A stretch of 64,000 nucleotides of DNA. It comes from Dehalococcoidia bacterium. GTDB taxonomy: Bacteria > Chloroflexota > Dehalococcoidia > Bin125. Position 1 is the first letter of the stretch. Every line of letters starts with the position of its first letter. Of this stretch, positions 17,983 to 27,951 are shown piece by piece. The notes under the pieces were generated by a model that did not search any database, was not told the origin of the DNA, and was given only the letters and a program-made list of their open reading frames with translations. The translations under genes and the position numbers were made by a program. The stretch lies in assembly GCA_963663895.2 (NCBI GenBank), contig CAXXRD010000005.1, positions 64,001-128,000 of the forward strand, read 5' to 3'.

Positions 17983-19713
17983 CTAGGGCTCCACGGTGAC
18001 GGCGAGCGCGCGGCCCACGCGTACATTGCCGTCGCTGAGGATGAGACGTGCTTCGTACTGACCGGGAATGGCTGGACTCTCCCAAACGACCCAGCCTTCC
18101 CTGCCGGAGCCGCTGAGCTCACCGGCGTCAACCTCCCAGATTGGGACGAAGAGTTGATCGTTCGGGAAAGTGGGGCTGACGGTGCCCTGCTCCAGGAATT
18201 CGATGACGGGCTCCCATACGTCGGCAGCGCCGTCCGTGGCCGAGATATCCTCAATGGCGAGGCCGCCGAGTTCGAACTCGCTGATCGCTTGGAGCTTGAA
18301 GGCGATGCTGAAACGGTTCTCGATCCAGACCGTGACCGGATCTTCGGTCTGTCCGGCCGCGACAAACGAGACCATGCGCGCGAATCGGTCCCAGAAAAGT
18401 CCACTGGCGCCTGCGTCTTGGAAGATGTTATCGCCGACCAGCGTGACGCGCTGGCCGGAGCGGATCGGTCCAGCCTCCCGCACGCTGATCTGGGCAGCGA
18501 GTCCGAGCGCTTCGCGTTGCGTGAGCAGGCGAAAGCCTTGCAAGCTCTTCTCGACGCTATGCGATGAGAGGGAGAGGAGGAGCTTCTCGGCGGGAACGCG
18601 GTCCAGCACCCAAGGCAGGGCGACCTGGATGCTGTCCAGCCAGATCGATGGGTCGCGAGGGGGGACGAGCTTGACGAGGTCTGCGGCAGCGCCGAGGGCG
18701 GTGATGTTATAGGCGCCCTCGTTGATCCCTGAGGCGTCGCGACGAGGCAGGGGGACGGCGATGGTAAGGCCGCGGCCGTCGCGACGAAGTTCGTCCGCGA
18801 GCGTGGTGACGAATTCCGTGAAGGCATCCCGGAGAGCCGGGCTGATGACTTGGTAGTCGATGTCGACGCCATCGTGGCGGCCGGTCTGCACCATCAGCAG
18901 AATATTGTTGATGTGTTGTCGCCGCAGTTGGGTAGAGGCGATGACTTGATTGACGATGTCGGCCTCGGGCTCCCCGGCGAACACGACGGGGTAGACGGGT
19001 TGGGTGAGGTCCGGTGGGATCGTTTCAACGCGTCCGAGGAGGGAGGCGTCCTCGCCCGGGGTGAAGCCGACCGGGTTGATGATGGTGAGGTTGTTGGTGG
19101 CGACGGCCGAGATCTCCGCGCCGGCCGGGAGGCGGCCGGTGACCGTGTTGCGGAACTGCCGGCGGCGCAGGATAGCGATGTTCGCGGGGGCGACTTCCAG
19201 AGCGATGCGGGCACTGGTGCCATCGTCGGTAAGGATCGCGGAAGTGAGACGCTCCCATGCGCCGCCCTGGAATGTGTAGGCGCCGAGGTTGCGCTGGTCT
19301 TGGGTCGGTTGGATGAGACGGAGGGTAAAGGCGTAAGGGCCTGGGAGCCGTGCGGGGACTCGCACGGTGTAGAGGAAGCTGGCAGGCGTGAGAAAATCCG
19401 GGAGATCGGGCATCTGGTCGACGGTGGCGACCTCGACATCTGAGGCGGGTATCACGGTGTCGGCGGCCGTTGCTGAGGCCGGATCGGATTCCTCATCACT
19501 GTTGAGCAGGGCGATGGGAGGAACGAAGAGGATGACGATCAGCGCGGCGATCGCGACGGTGGCGGCGAGGAGGAGGACGACGAAGAAGATCCCACCGCGG
19601 TCCTTCGAACGCTCTGGGGCCCGTTCCTCAGGTTCGGGAGGGTCGTAGGGCCGAGACGCGCCGGCGCTGATCCGGCGCGGCTGCCGTGGGCGGAAGGGGC
19701 TGTCTTCAGTCAT
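17983..19713 (-). CDS. Membrane-anchored GH18 (chitinase-like) domain protein
   Basis: N-terminal TM helix; HDGVDIDYQ motif; VPAEKLLL and VWIENRFSIAFKL...LGGLAI resemble the GH18 C-terminus. Confidence 0.7.
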   Translation of the reverse strand: MTEDSPFRPRQPRRISAGASRPYDPPEPEERAPERSKDRGGIFFVVLLLAATVAIAALIVILFVPPIALLNSDEESDPASATAADTVIPASDVEVATVDQMPDLPDFLTPASFLYTVRVPARLPGPYAFTLRLIQPTQDQRNLGAYTFQGGAWERLTSAILTDDGTSARIALEVAPANIAILRRRQFRNTVTGRLPAGAEISAVATNNLTIINPVGFTPGEDASLLGRVETIPPDLTQPVYPVVFAGEPEADIVNQVIASTQLRRQHINNILLMVQTGRHDGVDIDYQVISPALRDAFTEFVTTLADELRRDGRGLTIAVPLPRRDASGINEGAYNITALGAAADLVKLVPPRDPSIWLDSIQVALPWVLDRVPAEKLLLSLSSHSVEKSLQGFRLLTQREALGLAAQISVREAGPIRSGQRVTLVGDNIFQDAGASGLFWDRFARMVSFVAAGQTEDPVTVWIENRFSIAFKLQAISEFELGGLAIEDISATDGAADVWEPVIEFLEQGTVSPTFPNDQLFVPIWEVDAGELSGSGREGWVVWESPAIPGQYEARLILSDGNVRVGRALAVTVEP

Positions 19714-19716
19714 GGC

Positions 19717-19917
19717 TTAGTCACGTGTGCCAGGGTTGCTGACGACGCCCGCGTCGGGCAAGGCGATCTCTTTGCGGAAGGGATCGCCGATCGTGATGAC
19801 AGACTGGCTCGACCAGGAAACGTCCGGCGCGCCGACGGTGCGGGATCGGTCAGTGATGCTGCTTGGAATGCCGGCGCCGGTCGCCGTGAGGATGCTGTGA
19901 GGCACGGAGTTCTTCAA
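19717..19917 (-). CDS. Small hypothetical protein (~66 aa)
   Basis: GC-rich third codon positions; stop lies 3 nt before the GH18 gene start; start codon uncertain. Confidence 0.4.
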   Translation of the reverse strand: MKNSVPHSILTATGAGIPSSITDRSRTVGAPDVSWSSQSVITIGDPFRKEIALPDAGVVSNPGTRD

Positions 19918-20154
19918 GGGGTCGCCGGGTTGTGTGCTCCGGGGCGCGGAACACTCCAGTCCCGCCCCTACCATACGCCAGTCTATCACTGGCACGGGCT
20001 CCCGCCGCGTGGTGAGGCGGGCGACATGTTCCCGTGCGATCGAGGCGACGACTATACTGTTTTGGTCGATAGCAACTGACCGTTCGTGGCCGGAGCGCAG
20101 ACTCCAGGATGGTTCCGTTCAGGCCGCCGGACGTTCAAGAACGGAGTGCGCGAG

Positions 20155-20631
20155 ATGGCGGCCCAGAAGCCCGTCCCTATCACTCGCCAAGGGCTGGCGC
20201 GGCTGCAGGAGGAGTTGGACGAGCTCGTCACCGTGAAACGTGTGGCGACTGCGGAGCGGATCCATCAGATCCGCGAGCTGGCACCGACGACGCAAGGAGA
20301 CGGCGAGTTCGAGGAGGCGAAGAACGCGCAGGCTTTCATTGAGGGCCGGATCTTGACGATCGAGAAGATCCTGGCGAACGCGGAAGTGATCGATGAGAGC
20401 CAGGCGCACGACGCGAGCGCGGTGCACTTGGGAGCGACGGTGGAGGTGACGGTGGGGGGGACGGTACAGCAGTTCACGATCGTGGGAATGGCGGAAGTCG
20501 ACCCGTCACATGGGTTCGTGAGCGATGAATCGCCGGTGGGACGCGCGCTGCTGGGGCACAAGATCGGCGAGACTGTTGAGGCGGACGCTCCAGCCGGCAA
20601 GATCAAGATCAAGATCGAGAAGATCCACTAG
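20155..20631 (+). CDS. greA: GreA/GreB family factor (paralog with degenerate acidic tip)
   Basis: PITRQGLARLQEELDEL, AKNAQAFIEGRI, VSDESPVGRALLG; upstream of lysS. Confidence 0.85.
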   Translation: MAAQKPVPITRQGLARLQEELDELVTVKRVATAERIHQIRELAPTTQGDGEFEEAKNAQAFIEGRILTIEKILANAEVIDESQAHDASAVHLGATVEVTVGGTVQQFTIVGMAEVDPSHGFVSDESPVGRALLGHKIGETVEADAPAGKIKIKIEKIH

Positions 20632-20771
20632 CGCAGGCTCTCTGCACGCTCCACGTTGTCCTTGAAATCCTTGAGCCCACTGAGACGACAGGGAGAGCGT
20701 CTGCAGTCGGTCGGCTCTACCATGCCTGCAAGGGTGTCGGCGATGATCTGGGGGCAGAGGATCCAGCCCGG

Positions 20772-22271
20772 ATGACTGAGGAACTCAGCGCGCGGCAGCG
20801 CGAACTCCAGCAGCAGCGAAGGCAGAAGGCCGAGTCGCTCCGGGCGGCGGGCATCGATCCCTATCCCGCCCGTACTTCGCGTACGCACACGCTTGCGCAA
20901 GCGAAAGCGGAGTTCGTCGCCTGTGAGGAGGCGAGCGGTACAGCGCCTTCGGTAGTGGTGGCCGGCCGGGTAACGGCGCTGCGGAACCTCGGGAAGATCG
21001 CTTTTCTTGACCTCCGGGATGGCAGCGGCGAGCTGCAGCTGCATTGCGGCCGAGACGCGATGACGCATGAGGGGGAGTCGGCGGGGTGGGGGCTGCTGGA
21101 GTCGCTGGATTTAGGGGATTTTGTGGAGGCCAGAGGGTCGATGATGCGGACGCGACGGGGCGAGGTGTCCGTGGATGTGGAGGGATGGTGCCTGCTGGCG
21201 AAAGCGTTGCGGTCGCCCCCAGAGAAATTCCATGGGTTGCGGGACGTAGAGGCGCGCTATCGCCAGCGCTACTTGGACATACAGAGTAATCCGGGGTCGC
21301 GGGAGGTATTCGAGGTACGGTCGCGCGTGATTGCGGCATTGCGACGTTGGATGGACGAACGGGGGTTTCTGGAGGTGGAGACGCCGGTGCTGCAGCCGGA
21401 GGCGGGAGGAGCGGCGGCACGCCCGTTCCGGACGCACTTCAATGCACTCGATGAAGCGCGGTACTTGCGCATTGCCTTGGAACTGCATCTGAAGCGGTTG
21501 ATCGTGGGTGGGTTCGACAGGGTGTACGAGATCGGGCGGATCTTCCGGAACGAAGGCGTGTCAACCCGTCACAACCCCGAGTTCACCATGATGGAGTCCT
21601 ACGAGGCCTATACGGATTACTTGGGTGTGGCAGCGATGGTGGAGGAGCTCGTGGCCTATCTGGCGGCGGTGGCGACGGGATCGACGCGTGTGCCGTGGGG
21701 CGATGCGACGATCGAGCTGGCACCGCCGTGGCGGCGCCTGACCGTGGCAGAAGCGGTGCGGGATTACGCGGGGATCGATCTGGAGCAGTACCGTGATGAG
21801 ACGGATCTCCGCACGTGGCTGCGCGATCAAGGGATTGCGGTGCCGGAGCAGGGGGGCTGGGCGAAGCTGTTCGATACGCTGCTGAGCGAGCGCGTGGAGC
21901 CGGAGTTCGTGCAACCGACGTTCCTTCTCGACTGGCCGGTGGAGACCACGCCGCTTGCGAAACGAGTGGCGGATGATGCCTCGCGAGTGGAGCGGTTCGA
22001 GGCGTTCGTGGCGGGGTGGGAGATCGCGAATGCCTACAGCGAGTTGAACGACCCGGACGACCAACGGTGCCGCTTTGAGGAGCAGCAAGCATTGCGACGA
22101 GCGGGAGATGAGGAGGCGGAGATGATGGATGAGGACTTTCTCGTGGCGCTGGAGTACGGGATGCCGCCGACGGGGGGATTGGGTATGGGGATCGACCGGC
22201 TGGTGATGGTGCTGACGAACTCGCAATCGATCCGGGACGTGATCCTGTTCCCGCAGATGCGCCGTGCTTAA
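20772..22271 (+). CDS. lysS: Lysine--tRNA ligase (class II)
   Basis: RYRQRYLD, FLEVETPVLQ, GGAAARPF, YLRIALELHLKRL, YGMPPTGGLGMGIDRL. Confidence 0.98.
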   Translation: MTEELSARQRELQQQRRQKAESLRAAGIDPYPARTSRTHTLAQAKAEFVACEEASGTAPSVVVAGRVTALRNLGKIAFLDLRDGSGELQLHCGRDAMTHEGESAGWGLLESLDLGDFVEARGSMMRTRRGEVSVDVEGWCLLAKALRSPPEKFHGLRDVEARYRQRYLDIQSNPGSREVFEVRSRVIAALRRWMDERGFLEVETPVLQPEAGGAAARPFRTHFNALDEARYLRIALELHLKRLIVGGFDRVYEIGRIFRNEGVSTRHNPEFTMMESYEAYTDYLGVAAMVEELVAYLAAVATGSTRVPWGDATIELAPPWRRLTVAEAVRDYAGIDLEQYRDETDLRTWLRDQGIAVPEQGGWAKLFDTLLSERVEPEFVQPTFLLDWPVETTPLAKRVADDASRVERFEAFVAGWEIANAYSELNDPDDQRCRFEEQQALRRAGDEEAEMMDEDFLVALEYGMPPTGGLGMGIDRLVMVLTNSQSIRDVILFPQMRRA

Positions 22272-22292
22272 TCGTGTTCGCGGTGTCGGCAG

Positions 22293-22808
22293 ATGCAGCG
22301 TCACTTGACGGTGACGGCATTCGTCTCGGCGGAGGGGGCGACGCTGCTGCACTGGCACGCGAAGAACCGCATGTGGTTGCCGCCCGGGGGGCATATCGAA
22401 CCCGATGAAGATCCGCTGGAGGCGGCCTTGCGGGAGACAATGGAGGAGACGGGGATCGCGGTGACGGTGCTGCCGACATCCGAGCCATTCGGCTTTGCCT
22501 CGCCGAGGCAGCTACCAGCGCCCGTGACGATCATGGTGGAATCGATTCCCGCGTCAGCGGGTGATCCGGCGCATGAGCATCTGGACCTGATCTACTTCAC
22601 GCGACCCCAGATCGAGGGGCGTCCGGAGGTAGACGAGGCGGGCCCGTCGGCTCGATGGCACTGGGTCGACGCGGCGGCGCTGCGGACGAACGCAGCGCTG
22701 CCGCTGTCGGACGGAGGGATGCGGGACGGTGATCGCTCGGCGCGTGTCCCGCAGGATGTCCGTGTCCTGGGGCTGGCGGCGATCGAGCGGGCGGCGCGGG
22801 AGCGGTAG
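22293..22808 (+). CDS. NUDIX hydrolase
   Basis: Nudix box GGHIEPDEDPLEAALRETMEETG. Confidence 0.9.
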   Translation: MQRHLTVTAFVSAEGATLLHWHAKNRMWLPPGGHIEPDEDPLEAALRETMEETGIAVTVLPTSEPFGFASPRQLPAPVTIMVESIPASAGDPAHEHLDLIYFTRPQIEGRPEVDEAGPSARWHWVDAAALRTNAALPLSDGGMRDGDRSARVPQDVRVLGLAAIERAARER

Positions 22809-22827
22809 CCATGGAGAGCCGGTAGCC

Positions 22828-24093
22828 GTGCTGGCGATGCAGTTTATCCGTGAGCACCCGGATGCGGTCCGGCGTTCGCTGGCGTTACGGCATGTGGAGG
22901 CGCCGTTGGAGAAGGCTCTGTCGCTGGACAAGGATCGGCGGCGGCTGCTGGGAGAAGTGGAGGCGCTCAAGGCTGATCGAAACGAGGCCGGGAGGGCGAT
23001 CGGAAAAGCGCGGGACGGCGCCACGCGGGAGCGGCTGATCGCTGCGCAACGGGAGGTAGCGGATCGCATCGACGCCTTGGATGTCGAGCTGCGGGAGGTG
23101 GATCGGCGGCTGCGCGATGCCTTGTCGGCGATCCCGAACATGGTGGATTCGTCGGTGCCGGAGGGGACGGGAGAGGAAGACAACGTCGTGATGCGCGAGG
23201 AGGGGGAACGGCGGGTGTTCGACTTCGAGCCGAAGCCGCACTGGGAGATAGGGGAGGCGTTAGGGATCATCGAATTCGAGGCGGCGGCGGCGATGGCGGG
23301 GACGCGGATGTACGTACTGAAGGGGAAAGGCGCGCAGCTCCAGCGGGCCCTCGTGGGCTACTTCTTGGATACCCACGCTTCGAACGGCTACACGGAGGTG
23401 TATCTGCCGGCGATAGTGCGTGAGGAGTCGATGTGGGCGTCGGGGCAGCTACCGAAGTTTCGCGACAACCTGTACCACGATGCGGAAGAGGATTACTGGC
23501 TCATCCCGACGGCCGAGGTGCCGCTGACGAATCTGCACCGGGGTACGGTATTGGACGAGGCGGACCTCCCGCTGCGCTACGTCGCGCATACCCCCTGCTT
23601 CCGCCGCGAGAAAATGAGTGCGGGGCGGGACGTGCGGGGTGTCAAGCGCGTGCACCAGTTCGAGAAAGTGGAGATATATCAGTTCACGACGCCCGAACAA
23701 TCCGCCGCGGCGCACCAGGAGATGCTTGCGGCGGCCGAGCTGCTGCTCCAGGAGTTGGGGCTGGCCTACCGGGTCGTACGGCTCAGCAGCGGCGACTTGG
23801 GGTTCAGTGCCACGGCAAGCTATGACCTGGAGGTATGGTCGCCCGGTGTTGGGGAGTGGGTGGAGGTCAGCAGCATCTCCAACTGCGCCGCATTCCAAGC
23901 GCGCCGCGCCAATGTGCGGGTGCGTGGTTTGAAGCGGAAACCGGAGTTCGTGCACACGCTGAACGGCAGCGGCCTGCCGACAGGTCGTGTGCTGGCGGCG
24001 ATCTTAGAGACCTATCAGAGAGCCGATGGTGGCGTGGCGGTGCCGGATGTGCTCCAGCATCGCATGGGCCGCCTGATGCAAGTGACGCCTTAG
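22828..24093 (+). CDS. serS: Serine--tRNA ligase
   Basis: N-terminal coiled coil, LIPTAEVPL, CFRRE, RVHQFEKVE, HTLNGSG. Confidence 0.97.
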   Translation: MLAMQFIREHPDAVRRSLALRHVEAPLEKALSLDKDRRRLLGEVEALKADRNEAGRAIGKARDGATRERLIAAQREVADRIDALDVELREVDRRLRDALSAIPNMVDSSVPEGTGEEDNVVMREEGERRVFDFEPKPHWEIGEALGIIEFEAAAAMAGTRMYVLKGKGAQLQRALVGYFLDTHASNGYTEVYLPAIVREESMWASGQLPKFRDNLYHDAEEDYWLIPTAEVPLTNLHRGTVLDEADLPLRYVAHTPCFRREKMSAGRDVRGVKRVHQFEKVEIYQFTTPEQSAAAHQEMLAAAELLLQELGLAYRVVRLSSGDLGFSATASYDLEVWSPGVGEWVEVSSISNCAAFQARRANVRVRGLKRKPEFVHTLNGSGLPTGRVLAAILETYQRADGGVAVPDVLQHRMGRLMQVTP

Positions 24094-24248
24094 CGGCGCG
24101 ACGCTACCGCGGGAGCGATGGCGGGGCTTGCCTGAGGGCCCGGTGACGAAGAGAGGCAGGCGGCTGGGCGGCGCATGACAGCGCGCTTGCCCAAGAGGGG
24201 CCGCACCCTTGTGGCTACGCCGATGCGCGTCGTCGGCGATTGGAGTGG

Positions 24249-24779
24249 CTAGGCGGGCACTTTGACGGGCGCGGCCTCGCGCCAGCCGGGGATCTCGAGG
24301 CCGTAAAAGTAGCCGAGGATCATGATCGCCAGGCCCTGTTTGGTCTTACCGATGCCTGGGATGGTACCGATTCGTTTCAAAACGGTGGCGGCGTCGGGCT
24401 GGTCCCTCCAGATGTTGTCGGCCTTGCCTCCGTAATCCTCGGCGATGACGGCGCATGCTTGCTGAACACGGCGGCCCATGCTTTTCGGGAAGCGATGAAC
24501 GGCGGGTTTCTCCGACATGACCTGGATGAATTCTTCCTCGGGCATCGCCGCGATGCGCTTGGGGTTGAGGTGCCCGAGGCGGCGTTTGAGCAGGTAGGGC
24601 CCCATCCAAGCTCTGGCCATCGGGATCTGCTGATCCAGCACCAGGCCGATCAGAAAAGCGTTGGCGCTGCGGCCGAGGAGCTTGTTGGCGGCGCGACTCT
24701 CTGTGAAGGGAGGGACGGGCGTGCCGTCGGCCTCGAAGGCGGGCTTGAAGTCACGGCAGAGGGCCGCCGGATCTCCCAT
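24249..24779 (-). CDS. HhH-GPD base-excision repair family protein
   Basis: FLIGLVLDQQIPM.RAW.GP, PAVHRFP, YGGKA..IW, IPGIGKTK helix-hairpin-helix. Confidence 0.8.
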   Translation of the reverse strand: MGDPAALCRDFKPAFEADGTPVPPFTESRAANKLLGRSANAFLIGLVLDQQIPMARAWMGPYLLKRRLGHLNPKRIAAMPEEEFIQVMSEKPAVHRFPKSMGRRVQQACAVIAEDYGGKADNIWRDQPDAATVLKRIGTIPGIGKTKQGLAIMILGYFYGLEIPGWREAAPVKVPA

Positions 24780-25043
24780 GGCATGGTGCTCCTCTCGGAA
24801 GCGGTTTTGCGACTGGACGATTGTAACGGAGCGTGCCGCGATCCCGGTTCCGCTCGCGAGGGCAACGCGGGATGGCGGGGTCGGCTGCGCGTGGCGACGA
24901 GCGAATCGCGGAGGCGCGAGACCGCACACCCCAAGGGTTTCGCGCGCTCGGCCGAGTCTTGCCCGTAGCCGGCGCGTCGCTGTGCGCGCGGCGCACGCGC
25001 ACCAGGAGCCGAGGAGCTTGCGCCCTTCTCGCGAGCTAGAGGG

Positions 25044-26078
25044 CTAGGGCACCGGCATCCATTCGCCTCCGGCCTGAATCTCTTTGGCCTTGGGGATGAT
25101 CTCTTCTCCGACTCGCTGGGCCCGCTCGAAGAACTCGTCGACGGTACCGCTCGGGCAATCCTGGAAGAAGACCATCAGCGAGTAGCCGGCCTCGGCGAAG
25201 GCTGCGAGGTCCTCAAGGATCATCTCCGGTGTGCCCGAGCAGTTCGGGCGTCTCTTCCCCGTCGAGAGCCAGGGGTCGTCCGGCGCGGTGATGCGGCAGG
25301 ACGAGAGCCCGATCAACTGGAACTGCGAGAGGTCTTTGCCCACGCGGTCGGCCTCGCGGCGAATCTCGTCGAGGAAGTGGTCGAGGTCGTGGGGCCCGAC
25401 TTGGGGATTGGAGAAGATGGGGTAGAAGCCGTCGCAGAGACGGGCGGCGCGGCGGGCGCCGGCCCGGGACTGGCCGCCGAAGATCAAGGGCGGGTAGGGC
25501 TTCTGGACGGGCTTGGGATCCATGGAGAGGTTGGCGAAGTCGTAGAACTCTCCATGGAACTCGACGATCTCCTCCGTCCAGCAGCGCTTGTAGATCTCGA
25601 TGCACTCGTCGGTCTGATCGCCGCGGCGCTCGTAGTCGAGGCCCAGCGCTTCGAACTCCTCGATCGCCCAGCCGGCGCCGACGCCGGCGATCACGCGCCC
25701 GTTGGAGAGCCAGTCGACGGTCGCGAACTGCCGGGCGTCGTGGAGGGGTGGGCGGTAGGGCGAGATCAGGACGGAGGTGGCGAGCTTGACGCGCTCGGTG
25801 GCGACGGCGACGCCGGCCATGGTGGCGAGGGCGTCGTACATGGAGGGGCTGACGGGGTAGTGCCGCCGGCCGGTTTCCGGGTTGACGATGTTCACGTTGG
25901 TGGTCTGGCGCGGGAGGGTCACGTGGTCGGGGAACCACAGCGAATGGAAGCCCTGCCGCTCCGCGAGCTGGGCGAACGCGACCGGCTTCTGGTCCTGCGG
26001 CTCCGCGCGTTCCAGCCAGAACTCGTTTTCGTTGCGCATGAAGACCCCGTGGGTGGGCATGTAACTGCCGATCTGCAT
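25044..26078 (-). CDS. LLM-class (probably F420-dependent) oxidoreductase
   Basis: AERQGFHSLWFPDH, ATVDWLSNGRVIAGVGAGW..EEF, PKPVQKPYPPLIFGG. Confidence 0.9.
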   Translation of the reverse strand: MQIGSYMPTHGVFMRNENEFWLERAEPQDQKPVAFAQLAERQGFHSLWFPDHVTLPRQTTNVNIVNPETGRRHYPVSPSMYDALATMAGVAVATERVKLATSVLISPYRPPLHDARQFATVDWLSNGRVIAGVGAGWAIEEFEALGLDYERRGDQTDECIEIYKRCWTEEIVEFHGEFYDFANLSMDPKPVQKPYPPLIFGGQSRAGARRAARLCDGFYPIFSNPQVGPHDLDHFLDEIRREADRVGKDLSQFQLIGLSSCRITAPDDPWLSTGKRRPNCSGTPEMILEDLAAFAEAGYSLMVFFQDCPSGTVDEFFERAQRVGEEIIPKAKEIQAGGEWMPVP

Positions 26079-26098
26079 CGCCTGTTCCTTTCCGCTGA

Positions 26099-27031
26099 CT
26101 AGGGCTGCAGTGCGAGGAGCGCGCCGCGGATTTCGGCCGCGCGCTCAATGGTCTCTTCGAGAGTGGCCTGGACGGGGATGAGGCTGAAGTGCCGAGCGCC
26201 GAGCGCAACGTAGGGGGCAAGGTGCTCCGCGATCTCCTGTGCTGAACCGTAGGGCGTGTAGCGCTCGAAGCGATCGAAGGGGATGCGGTAAACGTCCTCC
26301 ATGGCGGCGGCGACTCGTGTGCGGGCCGCGCCGCGATGATCGTCAACGCTGGTCCACACTTGGAGGCCGAGTTCGACGGCGCTGGCATCGCGGCCGGCTT
26401 CCGTGGCCGCTGCCGCGATCGTCTCCGCGGCGCTGCGGAAACGATCGCGGGAAAGCCAGATGCCGGTATAGCCGTCGGCGAGGCGGCCGGCGCGCTCAAG
26501 GGCTGCGGTGCTGCGACCGCCGATGTGGATGGGGATGGGGCGGGTGGGCTTGGGGTTCATGCTGATGTCGCGCAGCTGATAGTGGTCGCCTTCGAAGGTG
26601 ACGTGGTCCCGGCTCCAGAGCAGCCTGATGATCTGAATCGCCTCATTGGTGCGGGCGCCGCGGGTGTGGACATCGACGCCGCAGGCCTCGAACTCCTTGG
26701 GATCCTCCCCGCCGACGCCGATGCCGAAAATGAGCCGGCCGCCGGAGAGCTGGTCGAGTTGCGCGGCTTGTAGGGCGACCGGCGAAGGATGGCGCAGCGG
26801 CAGCAGATAGACGCTGGTCTTGAGCTCGATCCGCTCGGTGACGGCGGCGATGGCGGCGAGCGTGAGGAGGCCGTCCGTGCCCTTGCCGTAAAAGGTGACG
26901 TGGTCGCCGGTGTGGATGCCGTCGAGGTTGGCGGCCTCGGCGCGACGACCGGCTTCGAGGGCTTGCTTGGGATCGCGCGCGGTTGCGGCACCCCAGCCGC
27001 GCGCTGTGACCCCGACCTTGAGATTGACCAT
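26099..27031 (-). CDS. LLM-class flavin-dependent oxidoreductase
   Basis: GDH, LDQLSGGRLIFGIGVGGE..EF, PKP...PIHIGG. Confidence 0.9.
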   Translation of the reverse strand: MVNLKVGVTARGWGAATARDPKQALEAGRRAEAANLDGIHTGDHVTFYGKGTDGLLTLAAIAAVTERIELKTSVYLLPLRHPSPVALQAAQLDQLSGGRLIFGIGVGGEDPKEFEACGVDVHTRGARTNEAIQIIRLLWSRDHVTFEGDHYQLRDISMNPKPTRPIPIHIGGRSTAALERAGRLADGYTGIWLSRDRFRSAAETIAAAATEAGRDASAVELGLQVWTSVDDHRGAARTRVAAAMEDVYRIPFDRFERYTPYGSAQEIAEHLAPYVALGARHFSLIPVQATLEETIERAAEIRGALLALQP

Positions 27032-27293
27032 GGCGTTGCTCCAGCGGCGCAGGGTACTGCGGCGCGAGCGCGTATGGGGAGGGTTTCTAGGATGGCATAA
27101 CGCGATGGGTGTGGCCGCACGATCAGAAACCTAGGGGGTTGCGGGTCTGACTGCGCGGTTGACGGCCATCCTGCGGGAGCGCACGCAGGCCGTCATTGTA
27201 TGTACTGCGCGGGTTGGCGAGCTACCACAGTTGGCGGTGATGACGTTCAGGGAAGGTCACTCATTGAGTGAGGCTCCGCCGTAAACTGGCCGG

Positions 27294-27929
27294 GTGAACG
27301 CGCAGTACGACCCGGAACCGTTTAGCGTCGCGATCCTGGCGGGCGGTTTTGGGAAGCGACTGGGGATGGAGAAGGCTCGGGCCCTCGCTGCCGGCCGTCC
27401 GTTGCTGCACTGGACTGCCGCAGCGGTCGCGTGTCTGACGGACGATCTGATCGTGGTGCGCCGGGTGGATCAGACGATAGCGAGGGCTGAGGGGGTTGTC
27501 TGGCGGGAAGCGGTCGACCGGGAGGCGGAGCGAGGACCCCTGGCCGGGATCGAAGCGGCGCTTGGGGCTGCTCGGCACGACTTGCTGCTCGTGTTCGCGT
27601 GCGACATGCCGCTCTTGCGGCCGGCGCTGGTGCGATTGCTGGCGCGGGCGGCGGTTGGCGTTGACGTCGCGATTCCGGTAGTCGAAGGACGGGCGGAGCC
27701 GCTCGCGGCCGCTTATCGTATGAGTTGCCTGGAGTCCGTGCGAAGCGCGTTGGCCACCGGCGAGGGCCGTCCGGTCGCGATTCTCAAGGAGCTGTGGGTT
27801 CGGCGATTGACCGCGGCGGAATTGCGTGTGGCGGACCCGCGTCTGGTGTCGCTGACGAACGTCAACTATCCAGAAGATCTGGAACGAGTCGAACGGGAAT
27901 TGGAAGCGCGCGCCGCGGCGAATTCGTGA
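27294..27929 (+). CDS. mobA: Molybdenum cofactor guanylyltransferase
   Basis: ILAGG.GKRLG.EKA, GPLAGI, ACDMP, EPLAAAY, NVNYPED. Confidence 0.9.
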   Translation: MNAQYDPEPFSVAILAGGFGKRLGMEKARALAAGRPLLHWTAAAVACLTDDLIVVRRVDQTIARAEGVVWREAVDREAERGPLAGIEAALGAARHDLLLVFACDMPLLRPALVRLLARAAVGVDVAIPVVEGRAEPLAAAYRMSCLESVRSALATGEGRPVAILKELWVRRLTAAELRVADPRLVSLTNVNYPEDLERVERELEARAAANS

Positions 27930-27951
27930 GCGGCATAGAGGAGGCCGAGCA

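Noticed and set aside
27040-27290. Possible Moco riboswitch between the LLM gene and mobA
   Set aside because: Some inverted repeats (GGTTTCT/AGAAACC, TGACGGCC/GGCCGTCA) but no convincing match to the motif; needs Infernal
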